The translations under genes and the position numbers were made by a program. From an uncultured Mycoplasma sp. (GTDB lineage Bacteria; Bacillota_I; Bacilli_A; RF39; UBA660): a DNA stretch of 64,000 nucleotides. Location: assembly GCA_947642635.1 (NCBI GenBank), contig CANRTI010000003.1:7759-71758 (forward strand), in the 5' to 3' direction. This document shows, piece after piece, positions 51,904 through 62,184 of this stretch (positions within the stretch are counted from its first letter, which is position 1; each line of letters starts with the position of its first letter). The notes beneath the pieces are model-generated. The model did no database searches. It was not told the origin of the DNA and saw only the letters and a list, made by a program, of their open reading frames with translations.

Positions 51904-54237
51904 TTATACTATTTTAACTACTTCTTTTTCTTTTAAATCTTTTAAATCATCTAAATTCTTATTAAATAAATCATTATAGATAGTATCATAATTATCCACT
52001 AAGTGAATATCTAAATTATCAAGGATTTTTTTAGGAATTTGTTTTAAATCATTTTTGTTATCTAAAGGAATATAAATAATTTCAATGCCTTGATTGTAAG
52101 CTGCCAAAATCTTTTCTTTGATTCCGCCTACTTTTAATATGTGACCTTTTAAAGAAATTTCACCCGTAAAAGCAATTTTTTCACTAACTATTTTATCTAA
52201 TAATTTAGAAATAATTGTAGTTGTAATGGCTACACCACAAGATGGTCCTTCTTTTTTAGTAGCCGTATCTTGCAGATGAATATGAATGGTATGATTATAA
52301 AACAAAGTATTACTAACATAATTTTTTTCTTTAATATATGATATAGCAACTTCGATACTTTCTTTTAAAACTGTCCCTAGAGAACCCGTAATAATATTTT
52401 TTTCTTCTCCATTATAAATTGAACACTCTACCCGAAATGTTGCACCACCAGCAGTAGTATAAGCAAGAGCATTAACAATACCTGCTTCTTTAATAATAGC
52501 ATTTTTATCTTTTAGTAATGGTTCTTTTAAATATTTAATAATATCGGATTCATTTAAAGCATAACTAGGAATTTTAGCACTAATGATTTTAATAACTAAC
52601 TTTCTTAAAATACGCGTTAAATTTCTAACACCAGCTTCTTTTGTATAATTATTGATTAAATAAATCAAAGTATCATCTTTCATGACAATTTTTTTGCTCA
52701 TATTATAATCATTATAAATTGTTGGCAAAATATATTTTTTAGCAATGTCTACTTTTTCAAAAACTGTATAACTAGATAATTCAATTATTTCTAGACGATC
52801 AAATAAAGGAGCAGGAATATTTTTTAAACTATTAGCTGTTAGGACAAAAAAGATATTACTTAAATCAAATGGTTCTTCAATATAATTATCTACAAAAGTC
52901 TTATTTTGAGTACTATCTAAGATATCTAGTAATGCACTAGCAGGATCTCCCTTATAATCTTTTAACATTTTATCAATTTCATCAATTAATATAACAGGAT
53001 TATTCGTATTACATTTTTTTAATCCTTGAATTATTTTTCCAGGTTGAGCTCCTAAATATGTTCTTCTACTACCAATTATCTCCGTCGTATCATTTAAACC
53101 ACCAACACTTATTTTATAAAATTCCCGGTTAAGAGCGGATGCAATACTTGCCGTTATAGTAGTCTTTCCAATCCCTGGTGGTCCTACTAGACAAATTACT
53201 GGACTAGCAATATTCGGATTAACATTTTTAGTATTAATATAATCTTCAATTTGTTCTTTTACTTCGGTTAATCCATAGTGACTTTTATTTAAAGTTCCCA
53301 TTATCGTTTTTAAATTTAAATTTTCTAAGCTAGATAAATGCCATGGAAGATTTAAGATGCAATCTAGATAATTTCTTATTACTGAATTTTCAGGAGAATT
53401 ATCTGTTAAATTCTCTAGTTTGTGAATTTCTTGTAATAATTTATCATGCGTTTTGGGATTAAGTTTTAATTCTTCTAATTTTGTAAGATATTTTTCAATA
53501 TCGGCTGTTTTGATTTTTTGAATCCCCAAAACATTTTCTATTTCATTTATCTTTTCTTTTAAATAATATTCTTGTTGTTCTTTTGAAAGACGAACTTCAA
53601 CTTTATTATCGATATTTTCTTCTAATTTATTATATTCCATTTCTAAATTTAAATCTTTAATTAAAGCAATAGCTCTTTTCTCGCCATTTAATTCTTGCAT
53701 GTATTCTAATTTTTTAGAGGCGCTTAACGGAATAAAAGTAGCAACAACATCAGTTAAAAAATTTAAATCTTCCGTTTCTTGGACAGTTTTTAAAATACTA
53801 TTAGAAATATTGGGAGCCGAATTTATGTATTTATTAACCGCATCTTGTAATTTTTTTCGCACCACATTTTCGGTGTTTTCTTCTAATTTGGGTAAAACTA
53901 TATCAGTTAATAAAGCATCAATAATATCTTTACTAAATGCTTCGTATCCTAAAACTCGACTTCTTTTTTCTCCTTTTAATGTAAGACGTAAATTTCCATT
54001 TGAAAGCTCAATTTTGCTTTTTATATAAGCTACTACTCCCACATTAGGTAAGTCTTCTGTCGATATTTCTTTAGTATGGTCGTTTTTAGGAGATAAGATT
54101 AAAACTCGATTATTAAATTTCTTTTCACTTATTTTAATAATCTTTTTACTTATCTCATCTTTTAATTCAAGTTTAATTTCTTGGAAAGGCAAAATGACTA
54201 AATCTTTTAAAAGTAAAACTAGTAGTGAGTAATCCAT
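51904..54237 (-). CDS. lon: ATP-dependent Lon protease
   Basis: CLVGPPGIGKT, RRTYLGAQPG, DEIDK, KEGPSCG (catalytic Ser), TGEISLKG, GGIKEK. Confidence 0.93.
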   Translation of the reverse strand: MDYSLLVLLLKDLVILPFQEIKLELKDEISKKIIKISEKKFNNRVLILSPKNDHTKEISTEDLPNVGVVAYIKSKIELSNGNLRLTLKGEKRSRVLGYEAFSKDIIDALLTDIVLPKLEENTENVVRKKLQDAVNKYINSAPNISNSILKTVQETEDLNFLTDVVATFIPLSASKKLEYMQELNGEKRAIALIKDLNLEMEYNKLEENIDNKVEVRLSKEQQEYYLKEKINEIENVLGIQKIKTADIEKYLTKLEELKLNPKTHDKLLQEIHKLENLTDNSPENSVIRNYLDCILNLPWHLSSLENLNLKTIMGTLNKSHYGLTEVKEQIEDYINTKNVNPNIASPVICLVGPPGIGKTTITASIASALNREFYKISVGGLNDTTEIIGSRRTYLGAQPGKIIQGLKKCNTNNPVILIDEIDKMLKDYKGDPASALLDILDSTQNKTFVDNYIEEPFDLSNIFFVLTANSLKNIPAPLFDRLEIIELSSYTVFEKVDIAKKYILPTIYNDYNMSKKIVMKDDTLIYLINNYTKEAGVRNLTRILRKLVIKIISAKIPSYALNESDIIKYLKEPLLKDKNAIIKEAGIVNALAYTTAGGATFRVECSIYNGEEKNIITGSLGTVLKESIEVAISYIKEKNYVSNTLFYNHTIHIHLQDTATKKEGPSCGVAITTTIISKLLDKIVSEKIAFTGEISLKGHILKVGGIKEKILAAYNQGIEIIYIPLDNKNDLKQIPKKILDNLDIHLVDNYDTIYNDLFNKNLDDLKDLKEKEVVKIV

Positions 54238-54372
54238 TTTGCACCTCCATAAGACAAGTTTTATTATAAAGAATTATTTGCAGTTTGTAAACATAAAAGT
54301 ACAATAAATTAATGGTTTTTCTAAATATGAAAGTCGCTCTTAAAAATATATAATTAAAAATAAATTTTGAAC

Positions 54373-54405
54373 ATAAAAAAAGATGGGATTAGCCATCAAT
54401 TTATT
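54373..54405 (-). terminator. Terminator after tig
   Basis: GATGG/CCATC stem and T-tract. Confidence 0.7.
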
Positions 54406-55651
54406 TATTACTATCTTGTAATATTTCCAACGCTTTGTGCATACGCATGTCATATTTAACTACATCAAGTGTACCGTAAGCATCGATTAATTCTTCTAAT
54501 TTAATACCATAATTTTCAGCCATTTCTTGAGCTTTGGCTTTAACTTCTTTTTCAGTGAAATCAATTTTTTCTTGTTCGGCTATTTCTTCAATTATATAAC
54601 GATATTTTAATCTTTTAATTGCCTCTGGTTCCATTTGTTTATGTAAATCTTCATGAGAAGTACCAGTCATTTTGAAGAATGTTTCCATATCAATACCTTG
54701 CATTTTTAATTGATCCTCATAACCATGAATCATCCGATGTACTTCATCCGAAATAATTTCAGGATTGATTTCAACTTCTAATTTAGATGTCGCAGCACTT
54801 AATAAGTCTTCAATAAATTTATCATTAATCTCAGCTTCTTTTCTTTCTTTGATTGTTTTTTCCACTTCTTTATTAAATTCTTCTTCAGTTTTAACATTTT
54901 CTAAACCTAAATCAGCATAAAAATCAGCATTGATTTCTGGTAAAACTTTAGTTTTTATTTCATGAATTTTAACTTTAAAAGTTACAGCTTTATTTTTTAA
55001 CTCTTCAGTATAATTGTCAGGGAAAGTTAAATTTAATTCTAATTCAGCATTTTCTTTTTGATCAATTAAACCTTCTTCAAATCCTGGAATAAAAGTATGG
55101 GAACCAATTTCTAAAGGGTAATTTTCCCCTTTACCACCATCAAGCGCTTTACCATCAACATATCCATCAAAATCGATTACAACAGTATCGCCTTCTTTAA
55201 CAACTCCCTTTTCTTTAACAACAACTTCAGCTAGTTGATTTCTTAGTTTGGTAATTTCTTCATCAATTTCTTTTTTAGTAACTTTAACACTTTCTTTTTT
55301 TACTCCAAGATTTTTATAATCGTCTAATTTTACAGTCGGTCTCGTAATTATAGTAAACTTGAAAATAACAGAACTATCAGAAATTCCAATAACATCAACA
55401 GCAGGTTCTACAACTGGAGATAATTTATTATTATCTAATAATTCTTTGTATGCAACATTAATAGCATCATTAATTGCTTCTTGATATAAACTTTCTAAAC
55501 CATATTTTTTTAAATAAACATCTTTGGGAGCAGCACCTTTACGAAAGCCATCAATTTTTGTTTCTTTATTTATTTTTTTAAAAGCTTTATCAAGGCAATT
55601 TGTCCACTTTTCACCTTCTAATTTAATTTCAATTTCGTGTACGTTTTTCAT
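54401..55651 (-). CDS. tig: Trigger factor
   Basis: IDGFRKG signature; FKBP domain (IDFDG...FIPGFEE). Confidence 0.96.
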   Translation of the reverse strand: MKNVHEIEIKLEGEKWTNCLDKAFKKINKETKIDGFRKGAAPKDVYLKKYGLESLYQEAINDAINVAYKELLDNNKLSPVVEPAVDVIGISDSSVIFKFTIITRPTVKLDDYKNLGVKKESVKVTKKEIDEEITKLRNQLAEVVVKEKGVVKEGDTVVIDFDGYVDGKALDGGKGENYPLEIGSHTFIPGFEEGLIDQKENAELELNLTFPDNYTEELKNKAVTFKVKIHEIKTKVLPEINADFYADLGLENVKTEEEFNKEVEKTIKERKEAEINDKFIEDLLSAATSKLEVEINPEIISDEVHRMIHGYEDQLKMQGIDMETFFKMTGTSHEDLHKQMEPEAIKRLKYRYIIEEIAEQEKIDFTEKEVKAKAQEMAENYGIKLEELIDAYGTLDVVKYDMRMHKALEILQDSNK

Positions 55652-55695
55652 ATAAACCTTCTTTCAATGGTTATTATAATATATCTAATTATTTT

Positions 55696-56043
55696 TTACA
55701 AGTTATCATTGGAACTTTTTGGTTTTTCTCTAGTTAATTTTTGATGAAAAGAACTTTTCTTAAATTGTGTTAAAATGTTAAATAGATGAATAAATGCTGG
55801 ATCTTCTAGATGAAAACACTCCACTAATTCAAATAATTTTAAAAATACTTTGATAATGTCATCAGATTCACAACTTATCCACTCTTCCCCATCTATAAAG
55901 GTAATTAAACGCCATTTATCCTCTTTATTAATAAAAAAATTATTTAATTCATAATAATTATGCCACATACGTGCCCCATTTATGCTTGGAAATATATAGC
56001 TAATTAATTCCAAATAAACTTGTTCTTGTTTTTCAAAATCCAT
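55696..56043 (-). CDS. Hypothetical protein
   Basis: 115-aa ORF, RBS AGGGTGG. Confidence 0.6.
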   Translation of the reverse strand: MDFEKQEQVYLELISYIFPSINGARMWHNYYELNNFFINKEDKWRLITFIDGEEWISCESDDIIKVFLKLFELVECFHLEDPAFIHLFNILTQFKKSSFHQKLTREKPKSSNDNL

Positions 56044-56115
56044 TTGTTTACCACCCTTTCAAACTTTGGATAAAACCATTTTTTAAATAACTTAAACTCA
56101 TAAATTAAGAATACT

Positions 56116-56742
56116 TTAATCTTTAATTTTAACACCTAAAATAGTAATTAAAACTGATGCTTGAAATTGATCAATAATTATATCTTTTAACGATTCTTTA
56201 TCAAAACTAATTCCTGTAATATTGGTAGTAGAAAAATCAACGTCTTTTAAATTCGTTTTAAAAATTTCAGCATTAGTTAAATTGACATCTTTAAAATTAA
56301 TATTTTTAATCTTGGTTTCATAAAATCTTATTTCAGAAAAATCAGTATCTATTATTTCTATATTTTTAATCGTCGCATCGCAAAAGTTACTTAGATTACC
56401 TTTACAATTTTGAATAATAATGTTTTGCATACTACTCCCAATAAATGAACAACCAACTAGTCTACAATTAAGAAATTTAACCCGCCGGATTAATTTATAA
56501 TCAAATTTTTTGTTGGATAAATCACAACCATCAAAAATAACATCAATTAAATCAACATCCTCAATAAAAATATTACTGAAATCAATATTTTTAAAAATAC
56601 AACTATCGATCGTGACATTGTATATTTTATGATTATTTAACACTGTTTCTTCAAATAAACCACCAAAGTAATTATTGTCCTCTTTAGCTTCTAAAAATGT
56701 TCTCTTTTCACAATTTAATATTTTTGGCTCTATTATTTTCAT
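56116..56742 (-). CDS. Pentapeptide repeat protein
   Basis: Repeated (C/A)-(D/N)-(L/F)-x-x units (CDLSN, CRLVG, VNLTN, VDFST). Confidence 0.88.
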   Translation of the reverse strand: MKIIEPKILNCEKRTFLEAKEDNNYFGGLFEETVLNNHKIYNVTIDSCIFKNIDFSNIFIEDVDLIDVIFDGCDLSNKKFDYKLIRRVKFLNCRLVGCSFIGSSMQNIIIQNCKGNLSNFCDATIKNIEIIDTDFSEIRFYETKIKNINFKDVNLTNAEIFKTNLKDVDFSTTNITGISFDKESLKDIIIDQFQASVLITILGVKIKD

Positions 56743-56816
56743 TTTATTTACTTCCTACTATCTTTAATATATTTCACAATTTTTTCTTGAATATACATAC
56801 TTAAAAATAAATTTTG

Positions 56817-57365
56817 CTATTCTTTATATAAATAACAATCTTTTTCATGCGAGTATATTATTCCAATGGCTTGTAAATAAGAATAAATTATGGTAGAACC
56901 GACAAATTTCATCCCTCTTTTAATTAAATCTTTGGAAATATTATTTGATAATTCGTTGGTTGTTTTATTAATTTCATAAAAAATTTTATCTTTAGTAAAA
57001 GTTTCTAAATAGCTGGAAAAAGTACCATATTCGTAAACTATTTTTTGAAATATTTGAGCATTATTAATACTCGCATTAATTTTTAGTCTATTTCGAATAA
57101 TATTTTTATTTTCTAATAATTCATTTATTTTATTGGTATCATAATTAGCAACTTTGGAAACATCAAAATTGTCATAGGCAGTTCGAAAATGCTCTCTTTT
57201 ATTAAGAATGCATTCCCAAGACAAGCCGGCTTGAAATGACTCTAATAATAACATTTCAAACAAATAAGACTCGTTCAGATTAAGTACTCCCCATTCTTTA
57301 TCATGATATTCAATATATAATGGATTAGCTAAATTACACCATTTACATCTTTTCATAAACTTCAT
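56817..57365 (-). CDS. tag: DNA-3-methyladenine glycosylase I
   Basis: RCKW...YHDKEWG, FEMLLLESFQAGLSW, IIRNRLKI, FVGSTIIYSYLQAIG...HEKDC. Confidence 0.95.
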   Translation of the reverse strand: MKFMKRCKWCNLANPLYIEYHDKEWGVLNLNESYLFEMLLLESFQAGLSWECILNKREHFRTAYDNFDVSKVANYDTNKINELLENKNIIRNRLKINASINNAQIFQKIVYEYGTFSSYLETFTKDKIFYEINKTTNELSNNISKDLIKRGMKFVGSTIIYSYLQAIGIIYSHEKDCYLYKE

Positions 57366-57678
57366 CCCTTTTAATTATACTTTTTTTCAATGTATGACTT
57401 TCTTTTAATAAAATAGAACTAAATATTAAAAAAAATATTTTAATATTAAATACTGTATCCTAATTGTAACATTTTCTTTTTAAGTAGTAAAATATTTTAA
57501 CAGGTTTTTATTTATAATTTAAAGTTTGGTTAATTATTTTTGTATGCATGTAATAATGATTTTCATTCTTCTACATATTCTTTAACACATTTTAAGCTTT
57601 TCTTTTATTTCATCTTTATAAAAAATACCTCATTCTAAGTTAAAAAATTATTTTTATTATATACTATTTCACTACTTA

Positions 57679-58020
57679 TTAATGCTTAATCGGTAATATT
57701 TGTTCCTTATTAACAAAAAATAACTTGACTAATCTCATACAATCTTTTGTATCTGTTTTTGTTTTTCTTAAAGTATCATAATTATTTTTAGTAGTTAAAC
57801 TATTGATTACCAAAGTATTAAAATTATTCTCCTTAAAATATCTTTCTACTGGCAATTGATAAATTCTTGTTGATTCCATGAATATTGTTAAATCCTCTAA
57901 TTTAAAATTATTAATTTGATTTTTCAATTCATCAAAGTCTTTTAAATTATGTTTAATTTCTTTTGATTCAATCAAAACATCACCATACTCTGTAGATAAC
58001 ATCACCACTTAAACTCTTGG
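57679..58020 (-). mobile_element. IS110-family transposase remnant (N-terminal DEDD domain fragment)
   Basis: FMESTRIYQLP (cf. MESTGxY), VIN, LRKTKTDTKDC (cf. KTDxxDA); first catalytic Asp and the C-terminal half are missing. Confidence 0.8.
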
Positions 58021-58092
58021 TAAATAATTTAACATAAAAAATAAGATCTAAATATTAAATTATTTACATCTTAAAGTATACTTGTAATCTAT

Positions 58093-58239
58093 CTATTTCG
58101 TAATAAATCTATAAATTGCATAAACAACCCATATAAGCCAAGAATAAGCCCAACTCTTAAATACAATACTTATTGTTAAGTACACAATAGCAACTATTAT
58201 TGCTATTACCCAGTTTATTATTTTTTTCTTATCCTTCAT
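58093..58239 (-). CDS. Small two-TM protein (48 aa, absent from the ORF track)
   Basis: MKDKKKIINWVIAIIVAIVYLTISIVFKSWAYSWLIWVVYAIYRFITK; RBS AGGAGGT; bounded by two junction repeats. Confidence 0.8.
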   Translation of the reverse strand: MKDKKKIINWVIAIIVAIVYLTISIVFKSWAYSWLIWVVYAIYRFITK

Positions 58240-58270
58240 TTTTACCTCCTACATAATTTGTAATTTAAAG

Positions 58271-58489
58271 TTACTTTTCTTTTTTATCTAATACTAGTTT
58301 TTTGATTTTAGTAGTATCTTCAATATAAGTTTCAGTATAACCACATTCTGGACATACTGCACATTTAAACTTTCCTAAATTTTCTTTAAATATACCTTGT
58401 TGAGTAATTTTTATTCCATAAGGTGCACCTTCAACTTTAATATCTAAATCTTCTACCATCTTTACATTGCATCTTAAACATTTTCTCAT
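58271..58489 (-). CDS. Zn-ribbon nucleic-acid-binding protein
   Basis: MRKCLRCNVKM...AVCPECGYTETY; RBS GAGGT. Confidence 0.8.
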   Translation of the reverse strand: MRKCLRCNVKMVEDLDIKVEGAPYGIKITQQGIFKENLGKFKCAVCPECGYTETYIEDTTKIKKLVLDKKEK

Positions 58490-58515
58490 AATATACCTCA
58501 CCTTCAATTTGTAAT

Positions 58516-58704
58516 TTAGCGATTCCTTTTATAATCAATAATTCCAATAATACCTATAATTACAAATGCTACTGCAAGTAATAATGTTATTATCCATTTA
58601 GAAATGTCCTCTTCATTTATCAATAATATAATAAATACTACTATTGCTAATATTCCAAACACTAATTGAATTATTGAACTAATTAAACTTAATTTACTTT
58701 TCAT
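58516..58704 (-). CDS. Small two-TM protein
   Basis: Two hydrophobic helices; the TAA stop is part of the junction repeat at 58505-58518. Confidence 0.75.
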   Translation of the reverse strand: MKSKLSLISSIIQLVFGILAIVVFIILLINEEDISKWIITLLLAVAFVIIGIIGIIDYKRNR

Positions 58705-58925
58705 ATTTTTTCTCACTTTCAAATTGACTATCTAAGTTTTGTCAATACTAAATTTATAAAAATATTATACCACGACTAAAATCACGAAAATAGGCATTTT
58801 TTAAAATTTTCATGTATATTTAATTGTTTGCTTGTTTTACTATTACAGTTATTCTATAATTCTAATAGGAACATTTGATGTGAGTGTCGTCCTCCAATCT
58901 TGAAAAAGAAGGGAGGTAGATATTG

Positions 58926-59060
58926 ATGAAAACTAAGACTTTTATAATAAAAGTTCTAAAGCTCATTGCTATCATTTTGTTACTTTCTACCTTTCTGGTG
59001 TTAGCAATTAAAAAAATAGACACTCTTCACATTTATAGAGTGTCAATCCTATTAAATTAG
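58926..59060 (+). CDS. Putative type I toxin peptide (44 aa, absent from the ORF track)
   Basis: MKTKTFIIKVLKLIAIILLLSTFLVLAIKKIDTLHIYRVSILLN; RBS GGGAGGT; promoter TTGTTT(58832)-17-TATAAT(58855); 5'/3' long-range complementarity of the mRNA. Confidence 0.7.
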   Translation: MKTKTFIIKVLKLIAIILLLSTFLVLAIKKIDTLHIYRVSILLN

Positions 59061-59122
59061 AGGCGATATTCACTTGCAAGATCGAATGTTCCTCTTTTTT
59101 ATTGTATGCAAGTTTCCTTGAC
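59010..59122 (-). ncRNA. Putative antisense antitoxin RNA
   Basis: Convergent promoter TTGTAA(59157-59152)-17-TATTAT(59134-59129) with extended TG; terminator GACACTCT/AGAGTGTC (59019-59044) and a T-tract on the minus strand. Confidence 0.65.
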
Positions 59123-59337
59123 ATATTCATAATAACATAAAAGGAACTTTTTTACAAGCCGTTTTTATTGCTACTCGAAAAGTTCGAGTTTGGTATCAAT
59201 CTGGTGCGTGAGTAAACCACATTTGGAAATTCGCATACAGGCTAATTTCTAAATCAATTATAACATCATTTATATAGTTTTGCACCTAATAATCTAATCT
59301 TTGAGAGAAATTGTAATTTATACTTTTAATTAAAAAT

Positions 59338-60051
59338 TTATTTTAAAATAGATAATAAGAAAGTTGATAATTCTTGTTCTGTTATATTAGAAGTTTCAAT
59401 ATCAAAGTTATAATCGTTAAATTTAAATTCTGTAAAATATATTTTTTCAAATTTATAGATTTTTAAATTTATACCATTTATTATTGTGGTTTTACTTCCT
59501 TCATCATCAAAATAATAATCTCTTGCAGGTTTATTGTCTTTAGAATATTTAACATTAATTGATCGATCATTATCATTTGAATATATGATTTCGTAATTAC
59601 CTAATATATTATAATCTTTGCTTTCTTTATTTTCTCTAAAATAAAATATATACTTATCAGTTTTATCTAAATCTTTTGGAATATTTACTAATCCCTTTTT
59701 ATATGGTAATGGAAAATTAACATCATTATTAGTTACAACTTTCACATCTGCATCTAATTTAGGCATTCCTACTTTGTTGCTATTTATTTCATTGATATTA
59801 AGTGTTACATTATTTGCTTCATCAACATAAGGTTTATTTTTTAATATAGTTTTATTATCATTTTGGTAGTTTAAAAATAAAATTCCACTAATTACAACTA
59901 CCAAGCAAATTGGTACAAAAGCCAATTTCCACATATTATTTTTTCTTTTCATTTTATCTCCTTTTTCTATTTGATTGATTATTTCATTATAATAACTTTT
60001 GGGATTTATATCATATTCTATTGCTATCTTTAATTTTTCCTTATTTGTCAT
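59338..60051 (-). CDS. Putative anti-sigma factor (single TM)
   Basis: Overlaps the ECF sigma stop; TM helix followed by an extracellular domain. Confidence 0.65.
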   Translation of the reverse strand: MTNKEKLKIAIEYDINPKSYYNEIINQIEKGDKMKRKNNMWKLAFVPICLVVVISGILFLNYQNDNKTILKNKPYVDEANNVTLNINEINSNKVGMPKLDADVKVVTNNDVNFPLPYKKGLVNIPKDLDKTDKYIFYFRENKESKDYNILGNYEIIYSNDNDRSINVKYSKDNKPARDYYFDDEGSKTTIINGINLKIYKFEKIYFTEFKFNDYNFDIETSNITEQELSTFLLSILK

Positions 60052-60595
60052 TATATTTACCCCCATTCCCAAAATTATCTTGTAATTCTTTCAATGTTCT
60101 ATAAATTAAATGTTTTATATATGATTCACTTGTATTTAATTCTTTAGAAATTTCTTTAATATTTAATTCTAACTTATAGTATAGATAAAATACTTTTGGA
60201 ATATCCTGATTCTTCTTGCCTTTAATATACTTCCAAATTGTATTCCAATTATCTTCTTTAATAATAAGATCGTTTATATTCATATCATCTTCTAATGTAT
60301 CAATTAGTTCTATATCCTTATCATTTGTTTCAAACAAAGATATTGTCTTAATTTTTTGCAATAGAGTATAATGTTTTTTTATTTTATTATTTGCTATACC
60401 TATAAGATAACTTTTAATATTTATATCTGATAATTCCTTTTTGTTTAAAATGTTCCATAACTCTAAATATGTTTCTTGCATAATATCCTGTGTGTCATTA
60501 ATATTATGACATTTAATAATAACATATTTAAGTAAATCTAAATGTGTTTTATCATATATATCATCAAATTTATATAGGTTTAATTGACTAGCCAT
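60041..60595 (-). CDS. ECF RNA polymerase sigma factor
   Basis: DTQDIMQETYLELW, YLIGIANNKI, YLYYKLELNIKEISKELNTSESYIKHLIYR. Confidence 0.85.
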   Translation of the reverse strand: MASQLNLYKFDDIYDKTHLDLLKYVIIKCHNINDTQDIMQETYLELWNILNKKELSDINIKSYLIGIANNKIKKHYTLLQKIKTISLFETNDKDIELIDTLEDDMNINDLIIKEDNWNTIWKYIKGKKNQDIPKVFYLYYKLELNIKEISKELNTSESYIKHLIYRTLKELQDNFGNGGKYNDK

Positions 60596-60683
60596 ATTTA
60601 TCACCTACAATATAATAATCCCTGTTTTTTAAAAAAAAGTTCCAAAATTTTAAAAAAAAGCAAATTTTTTTTGAAAATCTGCT

Positions 60684-61046
60684 TTAGTGTTTGTTATCTT
60701 TATGAAAAAACGATTTTTTAAAAAAGTGAATAGTAAACGGTATAAATACTGCCACTATTATTAAGGGTGAATAACTTTTATGTGCCATAGCATAATAGAT
60801 TATGTATGATAGAAAGCCAAAAACATAAACGAAAAAACTTATTCGGAAAATGTATTTAAAAATATTCGATAATCTTGTTTTATTAAGTAATAAAAATATT
60901 TTTTCCATCATAATAGAAAATGAACATATCAGAAATGGAGCAATGATTATTCTTGCCCATAACCCATTTTGAAAAAAAGCCCAAGATAAGAATATAAGTG
61001 CAGTGAAAGCCACAACGATTTGTCTTATAGCATATATTTTTTTCAT
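60684..61046 (-). CDS. Four-TM membrane protein
   Basis: RBS GAGGAG directly after the junction repeat at 61062. Confidence 0.75.
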   Translation of the reverse strand: MKKIYAIRQIVVAFTALIFLSWAFFQNGLWARIIIAPFLICSFSIMMEKIFLLLNKTRLSNIFKYIFRISFFVYVFGFLSYIIYYAMAHKSYSPLIIVAVFIPFTIHFFKKSFFHKDNKH

Positions 61047-61079
61047 ATCTTAACTCCTCTTTAAATTGTAATTTAGCAA

Positions 61080-61361
61080 TTATTTATTATTTTTCTTTAG
61101 CAAATACATTTTTTTTAATTTAATAATACTTGCTATTACAAAAATAACCCCTATAATTATCAATGATATGCCACATATTTTGTTTATTTTTTGATAAGCT
61201 AATACTCCCGTAAGAAAGATAATAAGTATAACACCTATAAATAACAATATTATAAATAATACCAAAGGATACCTTATCAGTTTAGGTACTTTTTTATTTT
61301 TACTGATTTCAATTGTTCCCTCTAATATTAACTCGATTAAAATCTCAAATATCAAATCCAT
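61080..61361 (-). CDS. Small membrane protein
   Basis: RBS GAGGT; bounded by perfect repeats at 61062 and 61372. Confidence 0.75.
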   Translation of the reverse strand: MDLIFEILIELILEGTIEISKNKKVPKLIRYPLVLFIILLFIGVILIIFLTGVLAYQKINKICGISLIIIGVIFVIASIIKLKKMYLLKKNNK

Positions 61362-61382
61362 ATTTTACCTCTAAATTGTAAT

Positions 61383-62156
61383 TTATCTAACTCTTTTATT
61401 AAATGACTCGCATTTTACAAAACAAATCATTATTATAAAAGAGGAAATAATATAAAATATATATGGTAAAATATTTCCATTATGATAATTAGGATAGATT
61501 AGTAGAATACTAAACAAAAGATTCCCCATAAAATGAAATATTGATGCAGAAATAATATTTTGTTCTGATTTATTTGTAAGCCAATAATATATATAACTAT
61601 CAATAATGCAACTAAAAGTAAATAGAATTATTGGTGCTGATATTGTTCCCAGCAAAAAGAAATGATAATGCCATAAACTCCAAATTATTCCTATAATAAA
61701 TGGAATTACTTTTTTATCTAATTTCTTATTTAAGTTTTCTTGCAAAAAACCTCTCCATCCCAATTCTTCAGCAACTAAAGCCCATAATAGTACTATAATT
61801 TTCTTTATACCTACATTTATATTTAAAATAGAAAAATCAATAAAAATCACACAAAATATATAAGTCAATAATCCTATTATTAAAGGCAATAAAAATGCCA
61901 ATAGTATATATTTTACTTTTATATTTTTTACATAACTTTTTTTCAAAAAGGATACTGTTTCCTTTTTACCATATAATATCTCTATAACTAATAATGCCGA
62001 AATTGATGGTGTCATTGCTTCAAAACCGTATAGAATGAAATATGGAATCCCATTTTGAAAAAATGAAATAAACTTTATCAATATCAAACTAATAAGAGGT
62101 AAAGTAAATGATAGTATTAGAAATATTTTAATTGATTTACTATTTTTATTTTCCAT
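61383..62156 (-). CDS. CPBP (CAAX/Abi) family intramembrane metalloprotease
   Basis: EELGWRGF, WSLWH and SIFHFMGN motifs. Confidence 0.9.
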   Translation of the reverse strand: MENKNSKSIKIFLILSFTLPLISLILIKFISFFQNGIPYFILYGFEAMTPSISALLVIEILYGKKETVSFLKKSYVKNIKVKYILLAFLLPLIIGLLTYIFCVIFIDFSILNINVGIKKIIVLLWALVAEELGWRGFLQENLNKKLDKKVIPFIIGIIWSLWHYHFFLLGTISAPIILFTFSCIIDSYIYYWLTNKSEQNIISASIFHFMGNLLFSILLIYPNYHNGNILPYIFYIISSFIIMICFVKCESFNKRVR

Positions 62157-62184
62157 ATTACCTCCATACAAATTTGTATTACTT

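Noticed and set aside
5200-54028. Short antisense ORFs in the track (e.g. 5200, 12228, 13548, 20201, 29576, 33493, 37149, 40704, 51378, 53699)
   Set aside because: Shadow frames opposite well-supported genes, with no RBS or motifs
3116-56043. Basic C-terminal tails on several orphan proteins as a shared secretion signal
   Set aside because: Lys/Arg-rich ends are expected in such AT-rich coding DNA, and no consistent motif could be established by eye
60673-60686. Junction site between the 4-TM gene and the ECF sigma gene
   Set aside because: GAAAATCTGCTTTA is too divergent from the consensus to count
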